A model generated the notes under the pieces. It saw only the letters and a list, made by a program, of their open reading frames with translations. It was not told the DNA's origin and did not search any database. Positions 9,786 through 19,989 of a DNA stretch of 64,000 nt are shown here, one piece after another (within the stretch, counting starts at the first letter, position 1; each line of letters begins with the position of its first letter). The DNA is from an uncultured Cellvibrionales bacterium (GTDB lineage Bacteria > Pseudomonadota > Gammaproteobacteria > Pseudomonadales > CAWVSB01): NCBI GenBank assembly GCA_963933215.1, contig CAWVSB010000014.1, positions 1,933 to 65,932 of the forward strand, given 5' to 3'. A program made the translations under genes and the position numbers.

Positions 9786-11075
9786 ATGACATTATCTACG
9801 GAACAATTACTGCAACTGGATCAGCAACATATTTGGCATCCATACGCATCACAAATTAATCCGCCGCCTGCTTATCCCGTGGTATCGGCTAGCGGTGTCC
9901 GCTTGCAGCTCGCTGACGGCCGCCAGCTTATCGACGGCATGTCGTCTTGGTGGTGCGCTATCCATGGTTATAACAACCCGGTACTCAATAACGCGGCCAA
10001 AGATCAAATAGATAAAATGAGCCATGTGATGTTTGGCGGCATCACTCATCCGCCGGCGGTAGAACTAGCTAAAAAATTAGTTGAGCTAACCCCTGCGTCG
10101 CTCACCAAAGTATTTTTTTCAGACTCAGGCTCTGTCGCTGTAGAAGTGGCGATAAAAATGGCGCTGCAATACTGGCTGTCTAGTGGCACATCAACTAAAA
10201 CCCGATTATTGACAGTGCGTGGTGGCTATCATGGCGACACCTTTGCTGCCATGGGCGTATGTGACCCAGTTACCGGTATGCACCATTTGTTTAAAGATGT
10301 TTTAAATGATAATTTATTTGCGCCAACACCACCGTCTGGCTATGACCGCCCCTTTGAAGGCCAGGACCTAGCCGAATTTGAAACGCTATTAATTAAAAAC
10401 AACCATCAGATAGCCGCAGTAATTCTAGAGCCAATAGTACAAGGCGCCGGTGGTGTAAGATTTTACTCGCCACAATATTTAAAACATATTCGTACCTTAT
10501 GTGACAAATACGATGTATTGCTAATACTTGATGAAATTGCCACTGGCTTTGGCCGCACCGGCGAATTATTTGGCTGCCATCACGCCGATATAAGCCCCGA
10601 TATAATGTGTCTCGGTAAAGCTATCACTGGCGGCTATGTGACGCTAGCCGCAACGTTATGTAGCGACAAAGTGGCGATAGGCATCAGCCAAGGCGAAGCT
10701 AGCGTCTTTATGCATGGCCCTACTTTTATGGCTAACCCCTTGGCTTGTGCAATCGCCAATGCGAGTATTGATTTGCTAATTGCTAGCGACTGGCAAGCCA
10801 AAGTTAGAAATATAGAAAAAATTCTAACAGAAGAGTTAGCGCCTGCACGGAAACTTAAACATGTTGCTGATGTGCGCGTTTTAGGGGCTATCGGTGTTAT
10901 TGAGTTACATAAGGCGGTAGATATGGCTGCTATTCAAAAACAGTTTGTAGATGCTGGGATATGGATTAGGCCGTTTGGAAAACTGGTCTACACTATGCCA
11001 CCGTTTATTATTAATGACGAAGACTTACGGTTTTTAGCTCGCAAAATGAATAGCGTTGTCGCTGAAATAACTTAA
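9786..11075 (+). CDS. bioA: Adenosylmethionine-8-amino-7-oxononanoate aminotransferase
   Basis: HIWHPY, DGMSSWWCAIHGY, DSGSVAVEVAIKMA, YHGDT, DEIATGFGRTG, LGKAITGG, HGPTFMANPLAC. Confidence 0.97.
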   Translation: MTLSTEQLLQLDQQHIWHPYASQINPPPAYPVVSASGVRLQLADGRQLIDGMSSWWCAIHGYNNPVLNNAAKDQIDKMSHVMFGGITHPPAVELAKKLVELTPASLTKVFFSDSGSVAVEVAIKMALQYWLSSGTSTKTRLLTVRGGYHGDTFAAMGVCDPVTGMHHLFKDVLNDNLFAPTPPSGYDRPFEGQDLAEFETLLIKNNHQIAAVILEPIVQGAGGVRFYSPQYLKHIRTLCDKYDVLLILDEIATGFGRTGELFGCHHADISPDIMCLGKAITGGYVTLAATLCSDKVAIGISQGEASVFMHGPTFMANPLACAIANASIDLLIASDWQAKVRNIEKILTEELAPARKLKHVADVRVLGAIGVIELHKAVDMAAIQKQFVDAGIWIRPFGKLVYTMPPFIINDEDLRFLARKMNSVVAEIT

Positions 11076-11077
11076 CC

Positions 11078-11111
11078 TTAGATGCCTGACTGATATCAGT
11101 TTGGCATCTAA
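11078..11111. terminator. Near-perfect 34-bp inverted repeat between convergent bioA and CBS genes; probable bidirectional terminator
   Basis: ttagatgcc-tg-actgat/atcagt-tt-ggcatctaa; no clear U-tract. Confidence 0.6.
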
Positions 11112-11168
11112 CTCAACTACTGGGCTAATATTTATATAAAATTTGTTACGGCTACAGATTCATCTCGC

Positions 11169-11579
11169 TTAGCCGGCAACAGAAAACTCTTTAACCGCAC
11201 TCAGTAATTGCCTAACAGTTACCTGTCCTACCAACTTACCAGCCAGTACTACAGGGCGTCTTCTGTGCCTTACTTTCATCATAGCTGATGCAGTATCGAC
11301 AATATCATCGTCTGGTGATGCGGTGACCACTTCCTTAGTCATTATACTTTCAACACTGCCAACTTCACTGCCCGCACCGTTATAGGTGGCATTAAGGATA
11401 GCATTGAGACAATCGAGCTCTGACACGATACCAACGAGATTATTATCACTGTCAACAACACACACCCCTGATACTTTGTTAGTAATAATATTGTCGATAG
11501 CATGAAGTACTGAATCTTTAGCTGACACAGTAATTGGGTTGGTGACCATATGATCTTTGAGCTTAACTGATCGAAGCAT
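11169..11579 (-). CDS. Stand-alone tandem CBS-domain protein
   Basis: VKLKDHMVTNPITV, VVDSDNNLVGIVSELD, MTKEVVTASPDD, LVGQVT. Confidence 0.9.
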   Translation of the reverse strand: MLRSVKLKDHMVTNPITVSAKDSVLHAIDNIITNKVSGVCVVDSDNNLVGIVSELDCLNAILNATYNGAGSEVGSVESIMTKEVVTASPDDDIVDTASAMMKVRHRRRPVVLAGKLVGQVTVRQLLSAVKEFSVAG

Positions 11580-11722
11580 TTGCTTTCCTTTTGCTAATTT
11601 AATTATTCAAACTACAAATACAACGTCGATGATATAACTATATTGACCAAACTCCCATAAAAACATCCAGATGCACGAGATCGAAATGACTGCAGAGGGT
11701 CGAGCGAAATAGGGTGACTAAG

Positions 11723-12280
11723 CTATGGCATTGATGTCATAAAGCTAGTCCAGCGTTTTTGTGCGCCGACGACTATAGCGGGTCTACCTTGGCCTTCGCC
11801 AGCGTTACGCAGCCTAGGATGAGCGTCAGCTACTTCATTTAATATGGTTTCATCCTCAGCATTAATATCGACAAAGAAGATATGCTTACCCGAGTCCATT
11901 GCGTTTTGAAACCGTTTAAAGTCATGATGTGTTGCCTGAATACCAAGAAAGCCGCCCTCCCAAGTACAAAAACCGAGCACCACAATTGACAACAATATAA
12001 ACGGTAGCCAGCCTGCAGCGGTATTAGTTGCCCCTAATAGATACGCTACTAACAAAACCAAAGCTGCAGCTATAACCCCTATAACGGCGCCTATTTCGGT
12101 GGCACGCACAACGTCTTTTCTTAATACCGCTTCAACATCATTTAAGTGATGTAATTGAACTTGACAGTCATCGTTACTAAGAACATGCATATGCGGCTTA
12201 TCAACACCGCGTGCTTGCAGCTCTTGCTCTACCAGTTCTAAGTCGTCTAGGTCTTGGCTAACAAAAAAGTGACGTTTCAT
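11723..12280 (-). CDS. Conserved membrane protein with a central two-helix hairpin (family often annotated 'NAD/FAD-utilizing enzyme')
   Basis: MKRHFFVSQDLDDLE start, GFCTWEGGFLG motif, two hydrophobic segments; GGAG RBS. Confidence 0.7.
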   Translation of the reverse strand: MKRHFFVSQDLDDLELVEQELQARGVDKPHMHVLSNDDCQVQLHHLNDVEAVLRKDVVRATEIGAVIGVIAAALVLLVAYLLGATNTAAGWLPFILLSIVVLGFCTWEGGFLGIQATHHDFKRFQNAMDSGKHIFFVDINAEDETILNEVADAHPRLRNAGEGQGRPAIVVGAQKRWTSFMTSMP

Positions 12281-12444
12281 AATGACTCTCCAGCGCTTAG
12301 CGGCTTAGTTTCAGTAGCTATTTTTACACTGCTTAATCTAACTTGTCTTAGACCAAATCTTTTTTAGCCAGCGATTTTAACAACTTAAGGGTATAAAGCA
12401 GGCATAAAGAAAGCCACATAAGTGGCTGTTAACGACATCAACTC

Positions 12445-12909
12445 TTACATATACATAAACATTAGCTCGTAAACTAACACCGGGCGGTCTTGCCCTGTTA
12501 CATGTACATGCTGCTCCATTGTCACCGTGGTACCTTTCGGTGACTGACTAATATCTTTTACTCGAGAGCGTGATTGCAGTGGAGAATCAACGGGGACTGC
12601 ACCCGTAAAGCGTAATTTATTGGAACCATAATTGAGCATATTATTGAACCCCACTACTTCCCATTGTGGCCGTGTGGTAAGTTTTGGCAGTAGCGCTAAG
12701 GTTAAAAAACCATGTGCAATAGTGGTGCCAAACGGACTGTGTTCCTTGCATCTAGCAGGGTCTGTATGGAGCCAGTAGTCATCACCACTTAATTCGGCGA
12801 ACTGGTCAATCATTGCCTGAGTCACGGTAATCTCAGTGCTCCACTCACCAAACTCATCGCTTACCAATTCTTGCAGGGCGTCTATGTCATCAAATTTGTA
12901 TTGCTTCAT
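12445..12909 (-). CDS. MaoC-family (NodN-like) dehydratase
   Basis: FAELSGDDYWLHTDP, TIAHGFLTL, NYGSNKLRF; start moved to MKQYKF. Confidence 0.9.
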   Translation of the reverse strand: MKQYKFDDIDALQELVSDEFGEWSTEITVTQAMIDQFAELSGDDYWLHTDPARCKEHSPFGTTIAHGFLTLALLPKLTTRPQWEVVGFNNMLNYGSNKLRFTGAVPVDSPLQSRSRVKDISQSPKGTTVTMEQHVHVTGQDRPVLVYELMFMYM

Positions 12910-13142
12910 TAATTTACTCTCTAGAATAACAGCGTAGGCCAATGGTACCGAAAACCACTCTGGCCCAATACTTACCAAACCTTAAAGTTTGTATTGTCAT
13001 ATTATGATCGTTTTCACCACCCAGTTTACGCCTTATTTCATTAACGTACCGTATAGCCATCAGCATTGAGTTTGTCGAGCTCACCTGTATCCTTATGTTC
13101 TGAAATTTTAATAGAATTAAACTGGTAACCAAGGATAAACCT

Positions 13143-14318
13143 ATGCGCGAAGCCGTCATCATTGAAGCTATTCGAACCCCTATTGCCAGAGGTAAACCGA
13201 TCATCGGCGATCTGAATGGATTTCATGCCACAGAGCTACTGGCGCTAACGCTGAACGAAGTAGTTAACCGTGCCGGCATTGAACATAAAGACGTGGACTT
13301 CGTAGCCGGTGGCTGCGTAACCCAAGCAGGCGAGCAAGCCGGCAATGTTGCGCGTAATGCCTGGCTGTCACTGGGCAAAGACTACACTGCTGGTGGCTTA
13401 ACGGTTGACGCACAATGCGGCAGTGCACAAGCCTGTAATCACATTTTGTCATCACTCATCGGCAGCGGCTCGGTCAATATAGGCATTGCGGCAGGTATTG
13501 AGTCAATGAGCCGTGTTGGTATGGGTATGAACATTATGAATGGCCCTGGCTATTTCACTCCGCAGAACTGGCCCTGGGATAGTACGCCTGACCAATTTGC
13601 TAGCGCAGAACGTATTGCAAAAAATCGTGGTATTACTCGTCAAATGGTTGACGAGTTAGCTTGTGAATCTCAGCGACGAGCCAAAGCTGCTTGGGACGAA
13701 GGTCGTTTTGACAGTCAAGTAATGCCGGTCAACGCGCCGGTTGTAGACAACGAAGGTAAGCCAACAGGAGAGACTAAGTTAATTACTCGCGACCAGGGTA
13801 TTCGTGACACCACCATTGAAGGCTTAGGCAACTTAAAAGCTATTGCCGAAGGTGGCATTCATACCGCCGGCAATTCCTCGCAAGTATCTGATGGCAGCGT
13901 TGCCGTATTATGGATGTCAGCCGAAGAGGCAAAAGATAGAGGCTTAAAACCTCGCGCCAGAATTATCACTGACTGCGTTGTTGGTACTGACCCCTATTAT
14001 TTGTTGGATGGGCCGGTTGATGCAACCGCCCGATTATTTAAAAACAGTGGCATGAACATAGGTGATATAGACCTCGTTGAAATTAACGAAGCGTTTGCAG
14101 CGGTCGTTTTATCGTGGGCCAGTGTCTACAATCCTGACATGAGCAAAGTCAATATAAACGGCGGCGCAATGGCATTAGGTCACCCGGTTGGATCTACTGG
14201 TGCGCGCTTAATTACCACTGCTCTGCACGAGTTAGAGCGTCAAGACAAGACCACAGCCCTAATTACTATGTGCTGTGGAGCATCGGTCGGTACCGGTACT
14301 ATTATTGAGCGCTTATAG
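13143..14318 (+). CDS. 3-ketoacyl-CoA thiolase, resembling steroid thiolase FadA5
   Basis: GGCVTQAGEQ, DAQCGSAQ, EINEAFA, GGAMALGHPVGSTG, TMCCG. Confidence 0.85.
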   Translation: MREAVIIEAIRTPIARGKPIIGDLNGFHATELLALTLNEVVNRAGIEHKDVDFVAGGCVTQAGEQAGNVARNAWLSLGKDYTAGGLTVDAQCGSAQACNHILSSLIGSGSVNIGIAAGIESMSRVGMGMNIMNGPGYFTPQNWPWDSTPDQFASAERIAKNRGITRQMVDELACESQRRAKAAWDEGRFDSQVMPVNAPVVDNEGKPTGETKLITRDQGIRDTTIEGLGNLKAIAEGGIHTAGNSSQVSDGSVAVLWMSAEEAKDRGLKPRARIITDCVVGTDPYYLLDGPVDATARLFKNSGMNIGDIDLVEINEAFAAVVLSWASVYNPDMSKVNINGGAMALGHPVGSTGARLITTALHELERQDKTTALITMCCGASVGTGTIIERL

Positions 14319-14375
14319 GTATTGAACGCTTTAAAACTAATATTTTAATTAGACAGCTATTAAAGGAGATAACGA

Positions 14376-15287
14376 ATGGGAGATCTTAGCGGAAAGGTAG
14401 CCATTGTAACTGGTGCGGGCCGAGGCTTAGGTAAAGAAGAGGCAATTCAATTAGCTAAACAAGGCGCCAGCGTTGTCATCAACGATATCAATTTGCCGGA
14501 TGCAGAACAAGCTGCTCACGCCACTGTTGAAGAGATTAAAGCTTTTGGCGGCGAAGCAATTGCGGTGTTCGGCGACTGTGCCAACAGTATTGATTCTGAA
14601 AATTTATTTAAAACTGCCATAGACAAATATGGCGACGTTAACATTATGGTTAACAATGCCGGTTTTTGCCGTGACAAAACTATTTTTGGCATGAGCGATG
14701 ACGAATTTGACTCAGTGGTGCGCGTGCATCTACGCGGTCACTTTATCAATATGCGCAATGCAACGGCTCACTGGCGCAACAAAGCAAAAACCGACGGCAG
14801 TGTTTACGGCCGCTTAATTAGCACATCATCAGAGGCAGCAATTTTTGGCTCAGCTGGTCAACCCAACTATGCGGCGGCTAAAGCAGGTATTTTATCAATG
14901 ACAATGGGCGCTGCTCAGTTAATGATTAAATACGGCGTCACCTGCAACGTGATAATGCCACGGGCATTAACTAACATGACAGCCGAAGGAATTTCTGGCC
15001 AAATGTTCGCTAAACCAGAAGATGGCTTTCATATGTTCAGCGCTGAAAACGTCGCTCCGATTGTGGGTTACTTAGCGTCGCCAGAAGCAGGTCATATTTC
15101 AGGGGAGGCAATGATTGTCTGGGGTAATCAAGTCAATATTATGGAGCAGCCGAAAATATTGCCTGCTCATATTAATCCAGCAGGGGTTGAAAAGTGGTCC
15201 GTAGAAGGCTTACATGAATCACTTTCTAGCCATTACAACGAGAGCTATGTTTCAGTGCAAGACGGCTTCTCAGTTCCACCGCAATAG
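14376..15287 (+). CDS. Short-chain dehydrogenase/reductase (3-oxoacyl/hydroxyacyl-CoA type)
   Basis: TGAGRGLG, NNAG, YAAAK; VRVHLRGHF segment typical of HSD17B4-like SDRs. Confidence 0.9.
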   Translation: MGDLSGKVAIVTGAGRGLGKEEAIQLAKQGASVVINDINLPDAEQAAHATVEEIKAFGGEAIAVFGDCANSIDSENLFKTAIDKYGDVNIMVNNAGFCRDKTIFGMSDDEFDSVVRVHLRGHFINMRNATAHWRNKAKTDGSVYGRLISTSSEAAIFGSAGQPNYAAAKAGILSMTMGAAQLMIKYGVTCNVIMPRALTNMTAEGISGQMFAKPEDGFHMFSAENVAPIVGYLASPEAGHISGEAMIVWGNQVNIMEQPKILPAHINPAGVEKWSVEGLHESLSSHYNESYVSVQDGFSVPPQ

Positions 15288-15304
15288 GCTTTTATAACAA
15301 TATT

Positions 15305-15337
15305 AAGCCGCCCTGCTTTGCTCGGCGGTTTTTTATT
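15305..15337 (+). terminator. Rho-independent terminator of the thiolase-SDR pair
   Basis: aagccgcc...ggcggtt stem followed by ttttatt. Confidence 0.75.
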
Positions 15338-15376
15338 GCCCGCAACTCATCAGTTGTTCATCATCAAATGGCAGGC

Positions 15377-15405
15377 AAAAAAAAAGCCAGCTTGCGCCGG
15401 CTTTT
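15377..15405 (-). terminator. Rho-independent terminator of the TonB-dependent receptor gene
   Basis: aaaagcc...ggctttt stem with an A9 run on + (U-tract on -). Confidence 0.75.
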
Positions 15406-15421
15406 ATATTAAGCAATTAGC

Positions 15422-17851
15422 TTAGAACTTTTTGTTTACAGTTAAACCATAAGTTGCTGGCTCACGATTATAAGCACCTTGCTTACCAGACTGCAATACT
15501 GCATCAAAGCTAGTACCCAAATACTCTTCATCCATTATGTTACGTCCCCACAAGGTGATTTCAGTTTGATAGTCTTCCAAGTTCAAACCTAGACGTAAAT
15601 TAACAGTATTATAAGCATCTTGCTTAGTTAGAGGATCGTTAGAAGCATTCAAGAACATATCACCAACATATGAATACTCAACCATGCCATAAGCTAATGT
15701 GGAGTCAGATACGTTAAATTCTTGTCTAACGCCTACGATGAACTTATCTTCAGGGTTGACGGCTAAACGACCACCGGTTCTGTCGCAAAAGTCTGGAGCA
15801 AACTTTTCTTCATCAGTTACAGCCGCGCGACTAGTCACACCATCAGCGTTAAGAATTCGCGCTTGTGGATCAGGAGTTCCGTTACGAAACGGAGTTGTCG
15901 ACCAGCAGTTACCTTTCTCAAACTCATCAAAATCAGCTATTGTTTTCGAGTATGCGAAATTAACGGTTGTCGATTCGGTTGCTTGCCACAGCATATCTAC
16001 CTCAAGACCGTAAGTGTCGGCAGCAGCAGCATTTTGCACGTTAAAGCCACCGCCATCGAAAGAACCAACTTGCTGGTCTTCAATATCAGCTTGATAGACT
16101 GCAACATTCAATCGTAAACCTTGATCAGGAAACTCAGCTTTCATACCTAGTTCGTATGAAGTTGAAGTTTCTGCATCAAAAGATTGATCAAAAGCAGGAT
16201 CTATTCGGTCAGTATTAGTACCACCTGCTTTATAGCCAGTAGTGTATGAACCGTATAACATAATATCGTCAGTCATAAACCAAGAAAGCTTAACAGTACC
16301 AGTCGTTTGATCATCGTCGATTGTTTCGTCAACATTTGAACGTTTTTGGGTCGCTGGAAAATCACTCAAATTAAAGCCAATTTCATTACCAGACTCGAAA
16401 TACTGTGTACTAAGCTCTTTATGCTCATCTGAGTAACGCAGACCAGCGGTAAGAGTTAATGTATCTGTCAAAGCATAATCAGCTTGGCCAAACACAGCCC
16501 AACTTTTGTGATCCTGCTCATTGATATCATAAGCGAATCCATCAGCTGGGAAAACGAACCCGCCTGCTCCGCTAGCTGGAAACAAGCCAGAAAATACACC
16601 AGCAAAAAACTCAGTGTCCTCACCGAAATCTAATCGAGTGAGTGAATCTAACGACTGTTGGAAATAATTAGCCCCAACAACATAGTTAAGCTTTTCACCA
16701 ATGTAAGAAAGTCTGAATTCTTGTGAAAACTGGTCTTGCTCAGCATCACTTGTGTCTTCCAGTCCATCCAAATCGCTAAAATCTGCATCTATGTGATCTG
16801 TAAGATCAAACGATCTGTAAGCTGTAATCGATGTCAGTGTCAAATCGTCAATATTCCAGTCTACCTGAACAGAAAGACCTGAATCTTCTGAAGTAGACTG
16901 AGGTAGGAAACTATGCGCCAGAATATTATCGTATCTGCGGTCTTCAGAAATGAAAGTTCCGCCTTTTCCCTCGAAGTAAGAGTCTGAACCAGGTCCATTA
17001 GCAGTTGCCGGGGTAGGCTGGCCGACTCTCTGATCATCTCTATTATTGTCATAAAGAACAGTAGAGCCACAGCACACTTCATCTAGCTCAGCATAGTCGG
17101 CAATAACATGAATGCTCAAATCTTCATTTGGTGTCCATAAAGCCTGCACTCTAAAACCAAAACGGTCTCTGTCATTCATTTCTTCGCTGCTAGGATTAGA
17201 AGGCGAGATATTATCAATATAGCCATCACGGTCACTAGAGAAACCAGTTAAACGAAATGCTAACTCATCTTCAATAGCACTAATAGAAACTGCGCCACTT
17301 AGATTTAACAGGCCATAGTTACCAACCACTACTTCACCAAAACCACTGCCATCATGATCAGGTTTAACCGTAGTGAACTGAATAGCACCAGACAAAGTGT
17401 TACGACCAAATAGTGTTCCCTGTGGCCCACGTAAAATATCAACCGATTGAATGTCTACCAGCTGGTTAATCATTGAACTTTGACGCGAACGGTATACGCC
17501 ATCAACGTACAAACCTACTGAAGATTCGAAACCAAAGTTATTACCACCGGTACCAATGCCACGAATAGAGAAGTTAGACGTTGTCGCGTTTTGGTTTTGA
17601 TCAACGGTTAAACCTGGAGCGTTAGCCTGCAAGTCAAACATATCAAAAATACCTGAGTCAGATAAAGCTTGCCCAGTGAATGCTTGTACCGAAATGGGTA
17701 CGTCCTGCAAGTTCTGCGCACGCTTTTGCGCAGTTACAATTACTTCTTCTAGCATACCTTGCGCAACAACGTGGCCTGGCAACATGCTAGCGCCAACTAC
17801 GCCAGCACATGCTGCGAAGAAACGAGTACGTTTGAAAGGAATCTTATTCAT
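15422..17851 (-). CDS. TonB-dependent receptor
   Basis: Signal peptide, LEEVIVTAQKR TonB box, ILRGPQGTLFGRN plug motif, C-terminal F. Confidence 0.95.
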   Translation of the reverse strand: MNKIPFKRTRFFAACAGVVGASMLPGHVVAQGMLEEVIVTAQKRAQNLQDVPISVQAFTGQALSDSGIFDMFDLQANAPGLTVDQNQNATTSNFSIRGIGTGGNNFGFESSVGLYVDGVYRSRQSSMINQLVDIQSVDILRGPQGTLFGRNTLSGAIQFTTVKPDHDGSGFGEVVVGNYGLLNLSGAVSISAIEDELAFRLTGFSSDRDGYIDNISPSNPSSEEMNDRDRFGFRVQALWTPNEDLSIHVIADYAELDEVCCGSTVLYDNNRDDQRVGQPTPATANGPGSDSYFEGKGGTFISEDRRYDNILAHSFLPQSTSEDSGLSVQVDWNIDDLTLTSITAYRSFDLTDHIDADFSDLDGLEDTSDAEQDQFSQEFRLSYIGEKLNYVVGANYFQQSLDSLTRLDFGEDTEFFAGVFSGLFPASGAGGFVFPADGFAYDINEQDHKSWAVFGQADYALTDTLTLTAGLRYSDEHKELSTQYFESGNEIGFNLSDFPATQKRSNVDETIDDDQTTGTVKLSWFMTDDIMLYGSYTTGYKAGGTNTDRIDPAFDQSFDAETSTSYELGMKAEFPDQGLRLNVAVYQADIEDQQVGSFDGGGFNVQNAAAADTYGLEVDMLWQATESTTVNFAYSKTIADFDEFEKGNCWSTTPFRNGTPDPQARILNADGVTSRAAVTDEEKFAPDFCDRTGGRLAVNPEDKFIVGVRQEFNVSDSTLAYGMVEYSYVGDMFLNASNDPLTKQDAYNTVNLRLGLNLEDYQTEITLWGRNIMDEEYLGTSFDAVLQSGKQGAYNREPATYGLTVNKKF

Positions 17852-18016
17852 TTAATGCCCCTAATTATATTTATATTCATTAAATTTAAATGTATTACTT
17901 CATTAGCTGCCTTATTAACCGAATTTTCTGCAGAGATGTCAACTAAAAAAACGGTAAACTACCAGCTAGACATTAGTTGAACATAATCAACCCTTAGGCT
18001 CAACCTTAATTACCAT

Positions 18017-18964
18017 TCAGTTAGCGCCAATATCCTCAATAAAGTCAGCGCTTGTAGCGACGATAACGTCAGTTAAATTAGGCGCTAGTATAGCGCCTGC
18101 TATCACATGAGAATGTTGCATTCCGTTGGTATCTATAGCAACTAGCTTTTTGTTGTTACTGCCAAATTTTGTGAAGAAGTTCTCAACAGCTTTAACATTA
18201 ATTACTTCATCTTCTGGTGAATAAAAAATAACAACTGGGATTTTAATCGTGGATAGGTTTAATCGAGAAATATCCTCAACTAATTCCAACATCGGCAACA
18301 TCGACTGAAGCGGAAAAGAATGTGTCCAATATTTTGCATGTAATTTATTTTTTGGCTCCCAGCTATAGTTGTCACCAAATAACCATTTAACAATTTTTAC
18401 TACGTAAGGTAGCCGCAGCAATTTCATATATGGGCTGCGCTCCTTAAAATTAGGCGAAATTAAAATCATTGCATAAATGTCAGAGCTATCTTGCGCGGCA
18501 TATAGTGTTGCCAAAGTCGCACCGGTTGAGACACCAATAACGATAACTTTTTCACCCAGCTGACGACCAATAGCTATAGCCTCAATTGTGTCGTCGAGCA
18601 AATCTTGTTTAGTTATTGCAGCCATTGCCGCGCCATCACGCCCATGTCCAGTCAGCCGTGTATAAAATACGTTAGCCCCTAATTGCTGAGCTATATCGTG
18701 GCTTAATGGATGGGTTTCTTGGCGAGTAGCGCTATAGCCATGCAGGTAGACAATAGCATAGTCGGTTTTAACATTAGGCTTACTATGCCAAACAACAAGC
18801 TTTTCTGTGCCTTCGGTAATACCAGAGATTTTTGCTTCAGCTTGAGCGACTAATAACGCTAAATCTTGATTAACACCATTGGAAAACGCAATATTACTAG
18901 AGCAGCATAGCAATATCGATACGCCTAATGTCAAACAGTTACATAGGTCTCGAACAACTGCCAT
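18017..18964 (-). CDS. Exported alpha/beta hydrolase (lysophospholipase/esterase-like)
   Basis: YLHGYSA, RLTGHG, GVSTG nucleophile elbow, D..H(VIAG); N-terminal hydrophobic segment; start overlaps the SDR stop. Confidence 0.85.
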   Translation of the reverse strand: MAVVRDLCNCLTLGVSILLCCSSNIAFSNGVNQDLALLVAQAEAKISGITEGTEKLVVWHSKPNVKTDYAIVYLHGYSATRQETHPLSHDIAQQLGANVFYTRLTGHGRDGAAMAAITKQDLLDDTIEAIAIGRQLGEKVIVIGVSTGATLATLYAAQDSSDIYAMILISPNFKERSPYMKLLRLPYVVKIVKWLFGDNYSWEPKNKLHAKYWTHSFPLQSMLPMLELVEDISRLNLSTIKIPVVIFYSPEDEVINVKAVENFFTKFGSNNKKLVAIDTNGMQHSHVIAGAILAPNLTDVIVATSADFIEDIGAN

Positions 18965-19785
18965 TAACTATTTCTCTGACGATACTTATCTTTGTTTTTT
19001 CTACCCTGTTCATACAACTTAGGCCGCAACTTTCGTCTCAATGACGGAAACAAATAACTGAGTGTCGTCAATTTTCCGCTGAACGCTGGCATAGATATCT
19101 CCACCGTGTCTTCCGTTGCCAATTCAATAATAGCGTCGGCAACTTGCTTGGCTGTGCTCATCGGCTGAGAAAATACAATATCTTCGACTAAATCTATCTC
19201 ATCCATAATAAAACCAGTATCAATTGGCCCCGGCGAAACAATACCAATTTTAATGCCGCTATTTTGTATTTCATCAGCGAGGGCATAAGTAAATGCTCTA
19301 AGGCCTGCCTTAGTGGCGCAATAAGTGGACGCGCCTTGCAATGGCGCTCTACCCGCTAGCGAGCCAACATTAACTATTGCGCCACCGCCCACTTTACGCA
19401 AATAAGGGATAACCGCACTAGACAACACTAATGGTGAGCGCAGATTGACATCAACCATTGCCGCAATGTCAGTAGGGGTTTTAGTTTCAACGTTACCTCG
19501 CGCATGCATACCAGCGTTATTGATCAACACATCAATGCGCCCAAATTCAGCTTCAGCTTTTGTCATAAGATCAATACAAGCTTTAGTATCAGCAACATCC
19601 ATCGCCACAGTTAACACGTCAGTTTTTGCACGCAACTCAGTAGCTGCGATTTTTAAGTCGACTTCACCACGTGCCACTAAAACAAGATTAGCCTTTAAAT
19701 CTGCAAACGCCTCGGCACAGGCTCGCCCTACGCCTGCTGAAGCGCCAGTGATAATTACGGTTTTACCTTCGAATATATTAGTCAC
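18964..19785 (-). CDS. Short-chain dehydrogenase/reductase
   Basis: TGASAGVG, NNAG, YCATK. Confidence 0.9.
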   Translation of the reverse strand: MTNIFEGKTVIITGASAGVGRACAEAFADLKANLVLVARGEVDLKIAATELRAKTDVLTVAMDVADTKACIDLMTKAEAEFGRIDVLINNAGMHARGNVETKTPTDIAAMVDVNLRSPLVLSSAVIPYLRKVGGGAIVNVGSLAGRAPLQGASTYCATKAGLRAFTYALADEIQNSGIKIGIVSPGPIDTGFIMDEIDLVEDIVFSQPMSTAKQVADAIIELATEDTVEISMPAFSGKLTTLSYLFPSLRRKLRPKLYEQGRKNKDKYRQRNS

Positions 19786-19989
19786 TATTTGATCTCTCGC
19801 TTAATTAAAATATTAATAAAGAATCTAACTCTAACTACCCGACAGTTACAAGTGATTATAGGCAGCTAATACTTTGTCTTAATGTTGGTTACTGTTGACA
19901 TTTACAATTACCCCATGAATAGCTTTAATAAGACCTAGATTAGGAATAAAATATGATAAATTCGAATACTAATAATAATAGGGTTTAAA

